Below, in pieces: positions 18,329 through 27,845 of a stretch of 64,000 nt of DNA. The position numbers were made by a program, and so were the translations under genes. Origin of the DNA: an uncultured Microbacterium sp. (GTDB lineage Bacteria > Actinomycetota > Actinomycetes > Actinomycetales > Microbacteriaceae); contig CAYOQY010000001.1 in the NCBI GenBank assembly GCA_964406225.1, positions 25,382-89,381 on the forward strand, written 5' to 3'. A model generated the notes under the pieces. That model ran no database searches and had not been told where the DNA came from. It worked only from the letters and a program-made list of their open reading frames with translations. Positions within the stretch are counted from its first letter, which is position 1. Each line of letters starts with the position of its first letter.

Positions 18329-20047
18329 TCAGTGCGATTCGCGCCCGACGTCGGACCCGCTGGATCCGACGAGGAAATCCAGGTCTGCGCCGGTGTCGGC
18401 CTGCATGACGTGGTCGACGTACAGCCGCGCCCAGCCGCGCGCCGGCGCGGCGTACGCGGCCTCGGTCGCTCCGCTCGCCCGGCGTGCGGCGAGTTCGTCG
18501 TCGCTGACGTCGACGCTCAGCATCCGCTTCTCCACGTCGACCGTGACGAGGTCGCCGGTGCGGACGAGAGCGAGCGGCCCGCCCGCCGCGGCCTCCGGCG
18601 CGATGTGCAGGATCACGGTGCCGTACGCCGTGCCGCTCATGCGCGCGTCGCTGATGCGCACCATGTCGCGGACACCCTGCTCGAGGAGCTTGCGCGGCAG
18701 CGGCATGTTGCCGACTTCGGGCATGCCCGGGTAGCCCTTCGGACCGCAGCCGCGCAGAACGAGGACCGAGTCGGCGGTCACGTCGAGGTCGGGGTCGTCG
18801 ATGCGGGCGCGCATGTCCTCGATCGAGTCGAAGACGACGGCCGGTCCGGTGTGCTGCAGCAGTTCCGGGGTCGCCGCGGCAGGTTTGACGAGGGCTCCGC
18901 GCGGAGCGAGGTTGCCGCGCAGCACGGCGATGCCGGCATCTGCCATGAGGGGTTCGTCGCGCGGTCGGATGACGTCCGCGTCGTACACCGGACGGTCCTC
19001 GAGATAGTCCACGAGGGGCCGACCGGTGACCGTGATCGGCTCGGCGCTCAGCAGATCACGCACCTGCGCGAGCACGCCGAGCACGCCCCCGGCGCGGTAG
19101 AGGTCGTCCATCAGATAGGCGCCGCTCGGCTGCAGGTTCGCCATGACCGGAACCCCGGCGCCGGCGGCGTCGAAGTCGTCGAGGGTGAGATCGACCCCGA
19201 GGCGCCCGGCGATCGCGAGGAGGTGGACGACCGAATTCGTCGATCCGCCGACCGCGGCGACGGCGACGATCGCGTTCAGGAACGCGTCACGCGTCATGAC
19301 CTCGCTCGGGGTGCGGTCGGCGGCGACCATGTCGACGATGAGCTTCCCGGTCTCGTGCGAGAGGGCGAGCAGGCGAGCGTCGGCGGCGGGCGTGCCGGCG
19401 AATCCCGGGATCGTCATGCCGAGCGCTTCCGCGACGACGGCCATCGTGGATGCCGTGCCCATCGTGTTGCAGTGGCCCTTGCCGCGGATCATGGACTGCT
19501 CGGACGCGAGGAACTGCGCCCCGGTGATCTCACCGGCTCGGGCTTCTTCGCTCAGCCGCCACACGTCCGTGCCGCAGCCGAGCGCCTGCCCGCGGAAGTA
19601 CCCGGTCATCATGGGTCCGCCGGGGACGACGACGGCGGGGATGTCGACGGATGCCGCCGCCATCAGCAGTGCGGGGATCGTCTTGTCGCAGCCGCCGAGG
19701 AGGACGAGCCCGTCGATCGGGTTGGCGCGGAACATCTCCTCCATCGCCATCGCGGCCATGTTGCGCCAGAGCATCGCGGTCGGCTTGACCTGGGTCTCGC
19801 CGAGCGAGACGACCGGGAGGTTGTACGGCACGCCGCCGGCCGCCCACACGCCCTGCTTCACACTGTCGGCGACCTCGTTCAGGTGCATGTTGCACGGCGT
19901 GAGGTCGGACGCGGTGTTCGCGATCGCGATCTGGGGCTTCGTCCCGTCGAGCGCGTCTTCGGGATTGCCGCGCCGCATCCAGGCGCGATGGATGTAGGCA
20001 TTTCGGTCGGCACCGTCGTACCAGTCGGCACTGCGGAGACGGCTCAT
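18329..20047 (-). CDS. IlvD/Edd-family sugar-acid dehydratase
   Basis: LTPCN, GGCDKT, GHCNTMGTASTM, GGSTN, GPKGYPGMPEVG, SDARMSGT; alternative start 20080. Confidence 0.93.
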   Translation of the reverse strand: MSRLRSADWYDGADRNAYIHRAWMRRGNPEDALDGTKPQIAIANTASDLTPCNMHLNEVADSVKQGVWAAGGVPYNLPVVSLGETQVKPTAMLWRNMAAMAMEEMFRANPIDGLVLLGGCDKTIPALLMAAASVDIPAVVVPGGPMMTGYFRGQALGCGTDVWRLSEEARAGEITGAQFLASEQSMIRGKGHCNTMGTASTMAVVAEALGMTIPGFAGTPAADARLLALSHETGKLIVDMVAADRTPSEVMTRDAFLNAIVAVAAVGGSTNSVVHLLAIAGRLGVDLTLDDFDAAGAGVPVMANLQPSGAYLMDDLYRAGGVLGVLAQVRDLLSAEPITVTGRPLVDYLEDRPVYDADVIRPRDEPLMADAGIAVLRGNLAPRGALVKPAAATPELLQHTGPAVVFDSIEDMRARIDDPDLDVTADSVLVLRGCGPKGYPGMPEVGNMPLPRKLLEQGVRDMVRISDARMSGTAYGTVILHIAPEAAAGGPLALVRTGDLVTVDVEKRMLSVDVSDDELAARRASGATEAAYAAPARGWARLYVDHVMQADTGADLDFLVGSSGSDVGRESH

Positions 20048-20143
20048 CGGCGACCCTGATGCGGCATCTTTGCTTTCCATCAATTCGAACGCTGCACTAG
20101 CATTCTGAATCATGCCATCTTCGACCCGCCCACTCCAAGCCCC

Positions 20144-21055
20144 GTGGTGACCTTTCGCGCGACGCCCGCGACCGATGCGGTCTACGAACTGGCCGAGGGC
20201 ATCGTCTGGGACGACCGTGCCGACCTCGTCCGCTGGGTCGACATCAACGCCGGATGCGTGCTGCACGGGTCCCTGCGCGATGGACGCATCGTCGACATCA
20301 GCGGCGTCGACATCGGTCAGACCGCCGGAGCCGTCGCCCTCACCGAGGACAGCGGCCTGCTGATCGCGGCGGCCCGCGGGCTTGCGGTGATCTCGCCCGG
20401 AGGCGCCGTCTCGTTCGGCCCCGATCTGCTCGGCGATCGCCGCGACGTGAGATTCAACGACGGCGCGGTCGACCCACAGGGACGGTTCGTCGTGGGCACG
20501 CTCGCGCTCGGTGCGGAGACCGGCGGCGAAGTGCTCCTGCGCATCGCGCCCGACGGCGCGATCGAGACGCTGCGGAGCGGCATCCGCCTCTCCAACGGCA
20601 TCGCCTTCTCGCCTGACGGCGGCACGATCTACCACGTCGACACGCTCGCGAACACGGTGTCGCGACATCCCTACGGTGACGGCTCGTTCGATCTCGACGA
20701 ACCGTGGATGCCGGTCCTCACCGACCTGCCCCACTTCCCCGACGGCCTCACGGTCGACGCCGAAGGGATGCTGTGGGTCGCGCTGTGGGGTGGATCCGGC
20801 GTCCGCCGGTACGCGCCGACGGGCGAGTCGCTCGAGATCGTCGAGGTCGACGCCGCCCAGGTCTCGTGCCCCGCGTTCATCGGCCCCGAGCTCAGCACGC
20901 TGGGCATCACGACGGCGCAGGAGGGTCTGGCGGACTGGACCGAACGGGCCGGCGCCCTCTTCACCGCCGACGCCGGCGTCGCAGGATTCCCGTCGCCGCG
21001 CTGGCGCGGCAGCACGACCACGCCGTACTGGCTCGATCAGGAAGCAGACACATGA
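20144..21055 (+). CDS. SMP-30/gluconolactonase family
   Basis: LAEGIVWD, RFNDGAVDPQGRF, SNGIAFSPDG, PDGLTVDAEG. Confidence 0.93.
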   Translation: MVTFRATPATDAVYELAEGIVWDDRADLVRWVDINAGCVLHGSLRDGRIVDISGVDIGQTAGAVALTEDSGLLIAAARGLAVISPGGAVSFGPDLLGDRRDVRFNDGAVDPQGRFVVGTLALGAETGGEVLLRIAPDGAIETLRSGIRLSNGIAFSPDGGTIYHVDTLANTVSRHPYGDGSFDLDEPWMPVLTDLPHFPDGLTVDAEGMLWVALWGGSGVRRYAPTGESLEIVEVDAAQVSCPAFIGPELSTLGITTAQEGLADWTERAGALFTADAGVAGFPSPRWRGSTTTPYWLDQEADT

Positions 21056-21921
21056 GACTCGTCCGCCTCGGCCCCGCGGGGTCGGAGACCCCCGCCGTCC
21101 TCGTCGACGACGACACGTTCGTGGACGTGACGGATGTCACCCGCGATTTCGACGAGGCCTTCTTCGGCTCGGGCGCCATCGCGACGCTCGGCGACGTCGT
21201 GGCCGCCGCAGTGGCCGCCGGTGCGGCGCAGCCCGTCGCCGGACGGCGCTTCGGCGCGCCCATCGCGCGTCCGCACCAGATCCTCTGCATCGGCCTGAAC
21301 TACAGCGACCACGCCGCAGAGACCGGGCAGGCCGTGCCCGACGAGCCGATCCTGTTCACGAAGTCGCCGAACACCCTGATCGGTCCGGACGATGACGTGC
21401 AGATTCCCCGCGGGTCGGTCAAGACCGACTGGGAGGTCGAGCTCGGCATCGTGATCGGCCGGCGCGCGTCCTACCTGACCGACGAGGCGGAGGCGGCGGA
21501 TGCGATCGCCGGGTACGTGCTCGTGAACGACATCAGCGAGCGCGAGTGGCAGATCGAGCGCGGCGGCCAGTGGTCCAAGGGCAAGTCGGCGCCGACGTTC
21601 AACCCGGCGGGCCCGTACCTCGTGACGCCCGACGAGGTCGGCGATGTGCTCGACCTGGACATGCGCCTCGAGATCGACGGTGTCATGCGGCAGAACGGCT
21701 CAACCTCCACGATGATCTTCAGCCCGGCGTACATCGTGCACTACCTGAGTCAGTTCCTCACGCTCGAACCCGGGGACCTGATCAACACCGGCACCCCGCC
21801 GGGTGTCGGGCTCGGCCTGACACCGCCCGTCTACCTGCACGGCGGAGAGACGATGACCCTGTCGATCTCGAAGCTCGGCACGCAGACGCAACACGTCCTC
21901 GCGGACCCGACGGCAGGCTGA
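21052..21921 (+). CDS. Fumarylacetoacetate hydrolase family protein
   Basis: CIGLNY, DWEVEL, NDISER, KGKS, TGTPPGVG; ATGA coupling. Confidence 0.93.
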   Translation: MRLVRLGPAGSETPAVLVDDDTFVDVTDVTRDFDEAFFGSGAIATLGDVVAAAVAAGAAQPVAGRRFGAPIARPHQILCIGLNYSDHAAETGQAVPDEPILFTKSPNTLIGPDDDVQIPRGSVKTDWEVELGIVIGRRASYLTDEAEAADAIAGYVLVNDISEREWQIERGGQWSKGKSAPTFNPAGPYLVTPDEVGDVLDLDMRLEIDGVMRQNGSTSTMIFSPAYIVHYLSQFLTLEPGDLINTGTPPGVGLGLTPPVYLHGGETMTLSISKLGTQTQHVLADPTAG

Positions 21922-22949
21922 TGCGCGCGCTCGTCGTCACCGCTCCACGGGAGGCCGCGGTGCTCGACGTCCCCGATCCCGTGCCCGCCGCAGGCGAACT
22001 CCTCGTGGACGTCGAGCGCGTCGGCGTCTGCGGCACCGACGTCGAGCTGTACACCGGCGAGATGGCCTACATCGAGCAAGGCCACACGCATTTCCCTCTG
22101 CGACTCGGCCACGAATGGACGGGGCGCGTGAGCGCCGTCGGCGACCCCGCGGACGCCGCCTGGATCGGGCGACGCATCACGGGCGACACGATGCTCGGGT
22201 GCGGTCACTGCCGCTTCTGCCGCGCGGGCGTGCACCACGTCTGCCCCGACCGGTCCGAAGTCGGCATCCGCGGCGACCGGCCCGGCGCGCTCGCCGAGAA
22301 GGTGGTGATCCCGACGCGCTTCGCGTACGAGATCCCGAAGCACGTGAGCCTCGCCGCCGCCGCGCTCGTCGAGCCGGGCGGTAACGCACTGCGCGCCGCC
22401 CGCGCGGCGGCGATCTCGCCGGGCGACGAGGTGCTCGTGCTCGGCTCGGGGACGATCGGTCTGCTCGCGGCGCAGTTCGCCCTCGCCGCCGGTGCGCAGG
22501 TGCACGTCGGCGGCGTGCGCGAAGGCTCGCTCGCCCTTGCGCGCTCGCTCGGCGTGCCGCACACGTCGCAGCTCGACGAGCTCGAGGGGACGGCGTCCGA
22601 TCGGTTCGACGCGGTGATCGAGGCGACGAGCAACCCGGCGATGCCCGCGCTCGCGGTGCGCCTCGCGCGCCCCGCCGGGCGCGTCGTCTACATCGGGCTG
22701 TCGTCGACTCCGAGCATCGTGGACACCCGCGACATCGCTCTGAAGGACATCACGGCGGTCGGCATCCTGTCGGCCTCCCCCGGCCTCGCCGGGGCCATCG
22801 CGCACTTCGCCGACGGAACGGTCGTGCCCGACGCGCTCGTGAGCGAGGTCATCGCGCTCGACGAGGTGCCGGCGCGCCTCGAGGGTCGCCGCGGAGCGGA
22901 CGCGGGACCCGGACCCAAGGTCCACGTCGACCCCCGGGCGATCCCGTGA
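21921..22949 (+). CDS. Zinc-dependent (MDR) dehydrogenase
   Basis: GVCGTD, GHE, CGHCRFC..C, GSGTIG. Confidence 0.92.
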   Translation: MRALVVTAPREAAVLDVPDPVPAAGELLVDVERVGVCGTDVELYTGEMAYIEQGHTHFPLRLGHEWTGRVSAVGDPADAAWIGRRITGDTMLGCGHCRFCRAGVHHVCPDRSEVGIRGDRPGALAEKVVIPTRFAYEIPKHVSLAAAALVEPGGNALRAARAAAISPGDEVLVLGSGTIGLLAAQFALAAGAQVHVGGVREGSLALARSLGVPHTSQLDELEGTASDRFDAVIEATSNPAMPALAVRLARPAGRVVYIGLSSTPSIVDTRDIALKDITAVGILSASPGLAGAIAHFADGTVVPDALVSEVIALDEVPARLEGRRGADAGPGPKVHVDPRAIP

Positions 22950-23737
22950 GTGATTCCGACCGCCTGGTCGGCGCCGACCGCGTGATCGCGGTGCTGATCG
23001 AACTCGCCGAGCATCCCTCGGGCGTCACGCTCGACGAGCTCGCCGGGACCCTGCAGAGTCCGAAGCCGACGGTGCATCGCGCGCTGGCGACCCTGCGGCG
23101 TGCGGGCCTCGCCGACACGATCGGCCGCGGGGTGTACATCCTCGGCGACGAGTACCTGCGGCTCGCGTTCCGGAACCTCGACGGCAGACCCGAGACGGCG
23201 CGCGTGCAGCCTCTCCTGGAAAGACTCGCGACGCAGTTCGGCGAGACCGCCCACTACGCCGTCCTGTCGGGCACCGACATCGTGTACCGGGCGAAGATGG
23301 ACCCCCCGCAGGGGGCGGTTCGGCTCACCTCGGTGATCGGCGGGCGCAATCCCGCCTATCGCACCGCGGTCGGCAAGGTGCTGCTGAGCCGCCTGTGCAC
23401 CGATTCCGGTCAGCTCATCGACCTGCTCGGCCCGCCGCCATGGGAGCGGCGGACGGAACGCACGCTCGTCGACGCCGAGGCGCTCTTCGCAGAGCTGGTC
23501 TCCACCCGATCCCGCGGATACGGGGTGGATGATCAGGAGAACGAGGTCGGCATCAACTGCATCGCGATCCCCGTCCACCTCGACGGCTCGGGTTCTCCCA
23601 CCGGAGCGATCAGCATCAGCGCGGTGGCCTTCCGCTGCCCGCTCGAACGCCTCGTCGCGGCTGTTCCGACGATTCGCACGGCGATCGGCGAGGCGTTGGG
23701 TCCAGGCGCGCTCGGCGCCGGCGCGACCGAACCGTGA
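22946..23737 (+). CDS. IclR family transcriptional regulator
   Basis: N-terminal HTH (KPTVHRAL), GET, TAVGKVLL, GYGVDDQENEVG. Confidence 0.93.
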   Translation: MSDSDRLVGADRVIAVLIELAEHPSGVTLDELAGTLQSPKPTVHRALATLRRAGLADTIGRGVYILGDEYLRLAFRNLDGRPETARVQPLLERLATQFGETAHYAVLSGTDIVYRAKMDPPQGAVRLTSVIGGRNPAYRTAVGKVLLSRLCTDSGQLIDLLGPPPWERRTERTLVDAEALFAELVSTRSRGYGVDDQENEVGINCIAIPVHLDGSGSPTGAISISAVAFRCPLERLVAAVPTIRTAIGEALGPGALGAGATEP

Positions 23738-23740
23738 CGA

Positions 23741-24109
23741 TCAGTCGGTGACGACGGGCAAGCCGGTCGCCGATGCCGCCCCGTCGATTCCCCCCGCGTC
23801 GGTGACGTCGTCGAACCCGACCTCGGTCATGATCTCGACAGCCTGAGCCGATCGGCTCCCCGAGCGGCAGTACACGACGTACTCGCCGTCGACCGGCAGA
23901 TCCGTGATCTCCTGCTCGAAGGCGCCGGACTGGAGATTCACGTTGACCGCGCCCTCGAGGTGACCTGCGGCGTACTCCTCAGGAGTGCGCACGTCGACGA
24001 TCACCGTGTCCTCGCCGAGCTCGACGGCGGGTGTCGTGGCACAGGCGGTGACACCGGCGCCGACGGCGAGGAGGAGGGCGACGGCGGCGGTGGAACGACG
24101 GAAGCGCAT
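23741..24109 (-). CDS. Rhodanese-domain lipoprotein
   Basis: Lipobox GVTAC; DVRTPEEY..GHLEGA; YCRSGSRS. Confidence 0.9.
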   Translation of the reverse strand: MRFRRSTAAVALLLAVGAGVTACATTPAVELGEDTVIVDVRTPEEYAAGHLEGAVNVNLQSGAFEQEITDLPVDGEYVVYCRSGSRSAQAVEIMTEVGFDDVTDAGGIDGAASATGLPVVTD

Positions 24110-24147
24110 GATGCAGACCTTTCTCAGCGAGCTCGTCTCGCATTCGG

Positions 24148-24166
24148 ATACCCCCTAGGGTATACT
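24148..24166. promoter_or_regulatory. CsoR/RicR/CstR-like operator overlapping the -10 of thioredoxin
   Basis: ATACCCCCTAGGGTAT (24148-24163); TATACT 24161-24166, 6 nt before ATG. Confidence 0.7.
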
Positions 24167-24172
24167 GAATCC

Positions 24173-24538
24173 ATGCAGACCCGCGAAATCACCTCCGAGA
24201 ACATCGCCGCGACCGTCCAGCGCGAGGGCATCGTGCTGCTCGACTTCTGGGCCGCCTGGTGTGGACCGTGCCGTGCGTTCGCCCCGATCTTCGAGAAGGC
24301 CGCCGCCGCGCACCCCGACATCGTGTTCGGCAAGGTCGACACCGAAGCCCAGCAGCAGCTCGCCGCGGGCTTCCGGATCACCTCGATCCCGACGCTCATG
24401 GCGTTCCGCGACGGGATCCTGGTCTTCTCGCAGCCGGGCGCGCTGAGCACGATCCAGCTCGAGTCGGTGATCGGCGCGGTCGAGGCGCTCGACATGGAGG
24501 AGGTGCGCGCACAGGTGGCGGCTCAGACGACGGCATGA
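24173..24538 (+). CDS. Thioredoxin
   Basis: DFWAAWCGPC, SIPTL, FSQPGAL. Confidence 0.95.
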   Translation: MQTREITSENIAATVQREGIVLLDFWAAWCGPCRAFAPIFEKAAAAHPDIVFGKVDTEAQQQLAAGFRITSIPTLMAFRDGILVFSQPGALSTIQLESVIGAVEALDMEEVRAQVAAQTTA

Positions 24539-24576
24539 CCGGCGACGGGTGATCGCGCCGTTCGCCCACGCCGGAT

Positions 24577-25989
24577 TCACGCCGATAGGCGCACCGTCTC
24601 CAACTGCTCGGGCACACGGGCGTTCCACCCGAGTTCGCGCTTGATCCGCGCGCGCAGGACGTCCGCCGCGACCGGCTCCTCGTGCGTGACGTACACACTT
24701 CGCGGCGGTCGTCCGACCGCCGACATCCATGCCATGATTTCGTCGGCGTCCGCGTGCGCGGACAGGCTCGCGAGCGAGACGACCTCGGCGCGGATCGGCA
24801 CGTCACGGCCGAAGATCCGGAGTGTCTGCGCTCCTGCCAGAAGAGCGGCGCCGCGGGTCCCGGCCGCCTGGAAACCCGTCAGCACGATCGCGTTGCGCCG
24901 GTCGTCGCCGTACGCGGCGATGTGGTGGAGGATGCGGCCGCCCGTGATCATCCCGCTCGCGGAGATGATCACCATGGGCCCGCCGCGGAGGTTCAGCAGC
25001 TTCGACTCGTCGACGGAGTGCACCGGGCTCGCGATCGAGTACATCAGGTCGATGTCGGCGGCATCCAGGCGGTGCTCGCCCGGATACCGCTGATAGATGT
25101 CGGCCACTTCGATCGCCATCGGGCTGTTGAGGTAGACCGGCACATCGGGGAGCCTGCCGGCCTGACGCAGCCGTGCGAGCTGCAGCAGGATCGACTCGGT
25201 CCGCCCCACGGCGAACGCCGGGATCAGCACGACGCCCCCCTTGCGCGTCGTGCGACGGATGACGTCCTCGAGGACGTCCGCCGCATCCTCGTCGGCATGG
25301 CGGCGGTCGCCGTACGTCGATTCCACGACGAGCACGTCCGACGGCTCGAGCGGGGCGGGCGGTCGCATCACGGGGTCTTCACTGCGACCCAGATCGCCGG
25401 AGAAGTGCACCGACGCGCCGCCGACCTCGGCGTGCACGCCCGCCGCTCCGAGGATGTGGCCCGCGGGGGTGAACGTGACCTCCACACCCGGGCCGACCTC
25501 GCGGGACGTGTCGAACGGCACGGGTGAGAACCGGGCCAGCGACCGCTCGGCATCCGCTGCGGTGTAGAGCGGCTCGGGCACCGCGTGGCGCGACCACTTG
25601 TGGGATGCCGCATGCCGCGCTTCTTCTTCGAGCAGGTAGCCGCTGTCGGGGAGCATGACGCCGGCGAGTTCCACCGTCGCGGGCGTGGCGTACACGCGGC
25701 CGCGGAAGCCGTCGCGCACGAGCGCCGGGATGTAGCCCGAGTGGTCCAGGTGCGCGTGCGAGACCACGACCGCATCGATGGACTCCGGCGGGACCGGGAA
25801 CGGGGCCCGGTTGCGCTCGCGGAGGACTTTGAGTCCCTGGAACAGCCCGCAATCCACCAGCACGCGCGACGAACCGGACTCGATCAGATACCGCGAGCCC
25901 GTCACGGTGTCGGCCGCGCCCAGGAAGCGCAGGCGCGCGCCGGCGCCCTGGGGACCGTTCGCCGGAGATGCCTGAGTCGTGTCGCGCAT
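24577..25989 (-). CDS. MBL-fold beta-CASP metallohydrolase
   Basis: FLGAADTVTGS, SHAHLDHSG, AGHILG, ESTYG, PAFAVGR, SASGM..GGR, SAHAD. Confidence 0.93.
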   Translation of the reverse strand: MRDTTQASPANGPQGAGARLRFLGAADTVTGSRYLIESGSSRVLVDCGLFQGLKVLRERNRAPFPVPPESIDAVVVSHAHLDHSGYIPALVRDGFRGRVYATPATVELAGVMLPDSGYLLEEEARHAASHKWSRHAVPEPLYTAADAERSLARFSPVPFDTSREVGPGVEVTFTPAGHILGAAGVHAEVGGASVHFSGDLGRSEDPVMRPPAPLEPSDVLVVESTYGDRRHADEDAADVLEDVIRRTTRKGGVVLIPAFAVGRTESILLQLARLRQAGRLPDVPVYLNSPMAIEVADIYQRYPGEHRLDAADIDLMYSIASPVHSVDESKLLNLRGGPMVIISASGMITGGRILHHIAAYGDDRRNAIVLTGFQAAGTRGAALLAGAQTLRIFGRDVPIRAEVVSLASLSAHADADEIMAWMSAVGRPPRSVYVTHEEPVAADVLRARIKRELGWNARVPEQLETVRLSA

Positions 25990-26071
25990 GATGCGGATCC
26001 TCTCTCGCGCCCCGGTCGCGGCGCCGCGCCGGAGATGCTTCGAGACTGACAGGGCGGCACTCGCGGCGACA

Positions 26072-26140
26072 GGGCCGGAGGTCCCGCCACCGCGGCGGTC
26101 CCGGCATCCCCCGCACGCCGACCCACGGGACGTTCGACCC
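26072..26140. promoter_or_regulatory. Two DosR/DevR-like boxes in a divergent promoter
   Basis: GGGCCGGAGGTCCC (26072-26085) and GGGACGTTCGACCC (26127-26140) fit GGGAC-N4-GNCCC. Confidence 0.6.
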
Positions 26141-26215
26141 GGGCGCGGCGCGCGCGGCGGGCGGAGACTGCTCGCAGGGACGAACAGCAGTCCCTCCCGC
26201 GGAAGGAGCACCGAC

Positions 26216-26659
26216 ATGGACACCCCCACCGAAGCACGCGGCGCGATCGTCGTCGGCGTCGACGATTCACCCTCCTCGATCGCGGCGCTCCGCAAGGCGG
26301 CGGAGCTCGGCGCGGTCCTGGATCTTCCGATCGAGGCGGTCACCGTGTGGCACTCCCCCGCCACGTTCGACGGGACGTTCGCGACGGAGGTGTGGTCACC
26401 CGAGCGCGAAGCCGAGGAGATCCTCGAGGCGTCGCTCGAGAACGCGTTCCCCGAAGGACTGCCCGCGCGGGTGTCGGCGACGGTCGTCGCCGGCCCCACG
26501 GCCGCAGCGCTGATCGACAAGAGCAGCACGGCGGAGATGCTCGTGCTGGGCAGCCGCGGACGCGGCGGGTTCCGAGGGCTCCTCCTCGGTTCGGTCAGCG
26601 CGGCGTGCGCTCAGCACGCCCACTGTCCCGTGCTCATCATGCACGGCGTGAAGGACTGA
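26216..26659 (+). CDS. Universal stress protein
   Basis: IVVGVDDS, VLGSRGRGGFRGLLLGSVS, AHCPV; AAGGAG RBS. Confidence 0.95.
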   Translation: MDTPTEARGAIVVGVDDSPSSIAALRKAAELGAVLDLPIEAVTVWHSPATFDGTFATEVWSPEREAEEILEASLENAFPEGLPARVSATVVAGPTAAALIDKSSTAEMLVLGSRGRGGFRGLLLGSVSAACAQHAHCPVLIMHGVKD

Positions 26660-26704
26660 GCACCCGCGTCCGCACCGCCGCCGCGACGTGAAGGACGGAG
26701 TCCG

Positions 26705-27199
26705 TCACAGTTCGCGGAGGACGACGTCCCGCAGCGCCCCGTCGGCGACGGTCGCCGTCATGAGCGTGCAGTGCGGCTGGCGCCGGCGATCGGTCGGCGA
26801 GCCCGGGTTCAGCAGCCGCAATCCGCTCGGCGTCACCGTGTCCCACGGAATGTGGCTGTGGCCGAAGACCAGTACATCGGCATCCGGAAAGGCGGCGTCC
26901 ATCCGCGCGTGCCGTCCACCCTTGTCGCCCGTCTCGTGGATGACGGCGAAGCGCACGCCGTCGATCTCGCGCCGCGCGATCTCGGGCAGGCGCGCACGCA
27001 GGTCGGAGCCGTCGTTGTTCCCCCACACGCCGAGCACCTCGCCGTGCTGGGAGAGGTCGTCGAGCACGGACTCCGTGACCCAGTCACCCGCATGGATGAT
27101 CAGATCGGCCGCGTCCGCGCTCTCGCGCACCACGGTGGGGAGAGTGCGTGCCCGACCGGGGATGTGCGTGTCGGAGATCAGGAGAAGGCGGGTCGCCAC
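26705..27199 (-). CDS. YfcE-like metallophosphoesterase
   Basis: SDTH, HAGD, GNND, FGHSH, NPGSP. Confidence 0.93.
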   Translation of the reverse strand: MATRLLLISDTHIPGRARTLPTVVRESADAADLIIHAGDWVTESVLDDLSQHGEVLGVWGNNDGSDLRARLPEIARREIDGVRFAVIHETGDKGGRHARMDAAFPDADVLVFGHSHIPWDTVTPSGLRLLNPGSPTDRRRQPHCTLMTATVADGALRDVVLREL

Positions 27200-27249
27200 G
27201 TTCTCATCCGTTCATCGGATCCATCGGACGGGGTCACCGGTCGACGGGG

Positions 27250-27813
27250 TCAATCCCAGTCGAGGTACTCCTCGATGATGACCGCCGTCGCGATGGGGTG
27301 CGTCATGGGAAACAGGTGCCCTGCGCCGGAGACGGTCTTGATGCTCGCGCGCTCGGGCGCCGTGGACTGCAGCCGCTCGCCGTTCTCCGGCGGGTTCACC
27401 TCGTCATCGGCGCCCTGGACGATCAGCACGGGGATCACCGGCGCGAGCGGGATGTCGGCTTCCTCGACACCCAGCAGCAGCAGGCCGTTGACGCGCTCGT
27501 GATGGGATGCCGCGAACGCGCGCGCGACGCGACCGCCGGATCCGTGCCCGCCGATCCAGGTGTGCTCCAGGCCGAGGTGGTCGATGACGGCGAGCGCGTC
27601 CGCGGCCCGGTCCTCGATGCCCGCTTCGGCCGCACGCGCGCCGACGCGCACGACGTGGAAGCCCGCCTCCTCCGCGAGGTAGTGTGCGACGACGCCGAGC
27701 GCCGCCGCCTCGAGTCCCGCCTCCGGGATCAGCACCAGGCCGACCGGCCCGTCGCCCTCCACGGCATACGGGATCTCGCGGCCCTCGATCTCGAGGATCT
27801 GGATGTCAGTCAC
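27250..27813 (-). CDS. Short alpha/beta hydrolase-fold protein
   Basis: IGGHGSGG elbow, PVLIVQGADD, GAGHLFP. Confidence 0.8.
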   Translation of the reverse strand: MTDIQILEIEGREIPYAVEGDGPVGLVLIPEAGLEAAALGVVAHYLAEEAGFHVVRVGARAAEAGIEDRAADALAVIDHLGLEHTWIGGHGSGGRVARAFAASHHERVNGLLLLGVEEADIPLAPVIPVLIVQGADDEVNPPENGERLQSTAPERASIKTVSGAGHLFPMTHPIATAVIIEEYLDWD

Positions 27814-27845
27814 TTTCAGTCCGTGCCTTTCGAATCCGGTTGATC

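Noticed and set aside
14170-20059. Long plus-strand ORFs 14170-16206 and 17483-20059
   Set aside because: Antisense shadows of ppsA, the SDR and the dehydratase; Arg/Gly/Asp-rich with no motifs.
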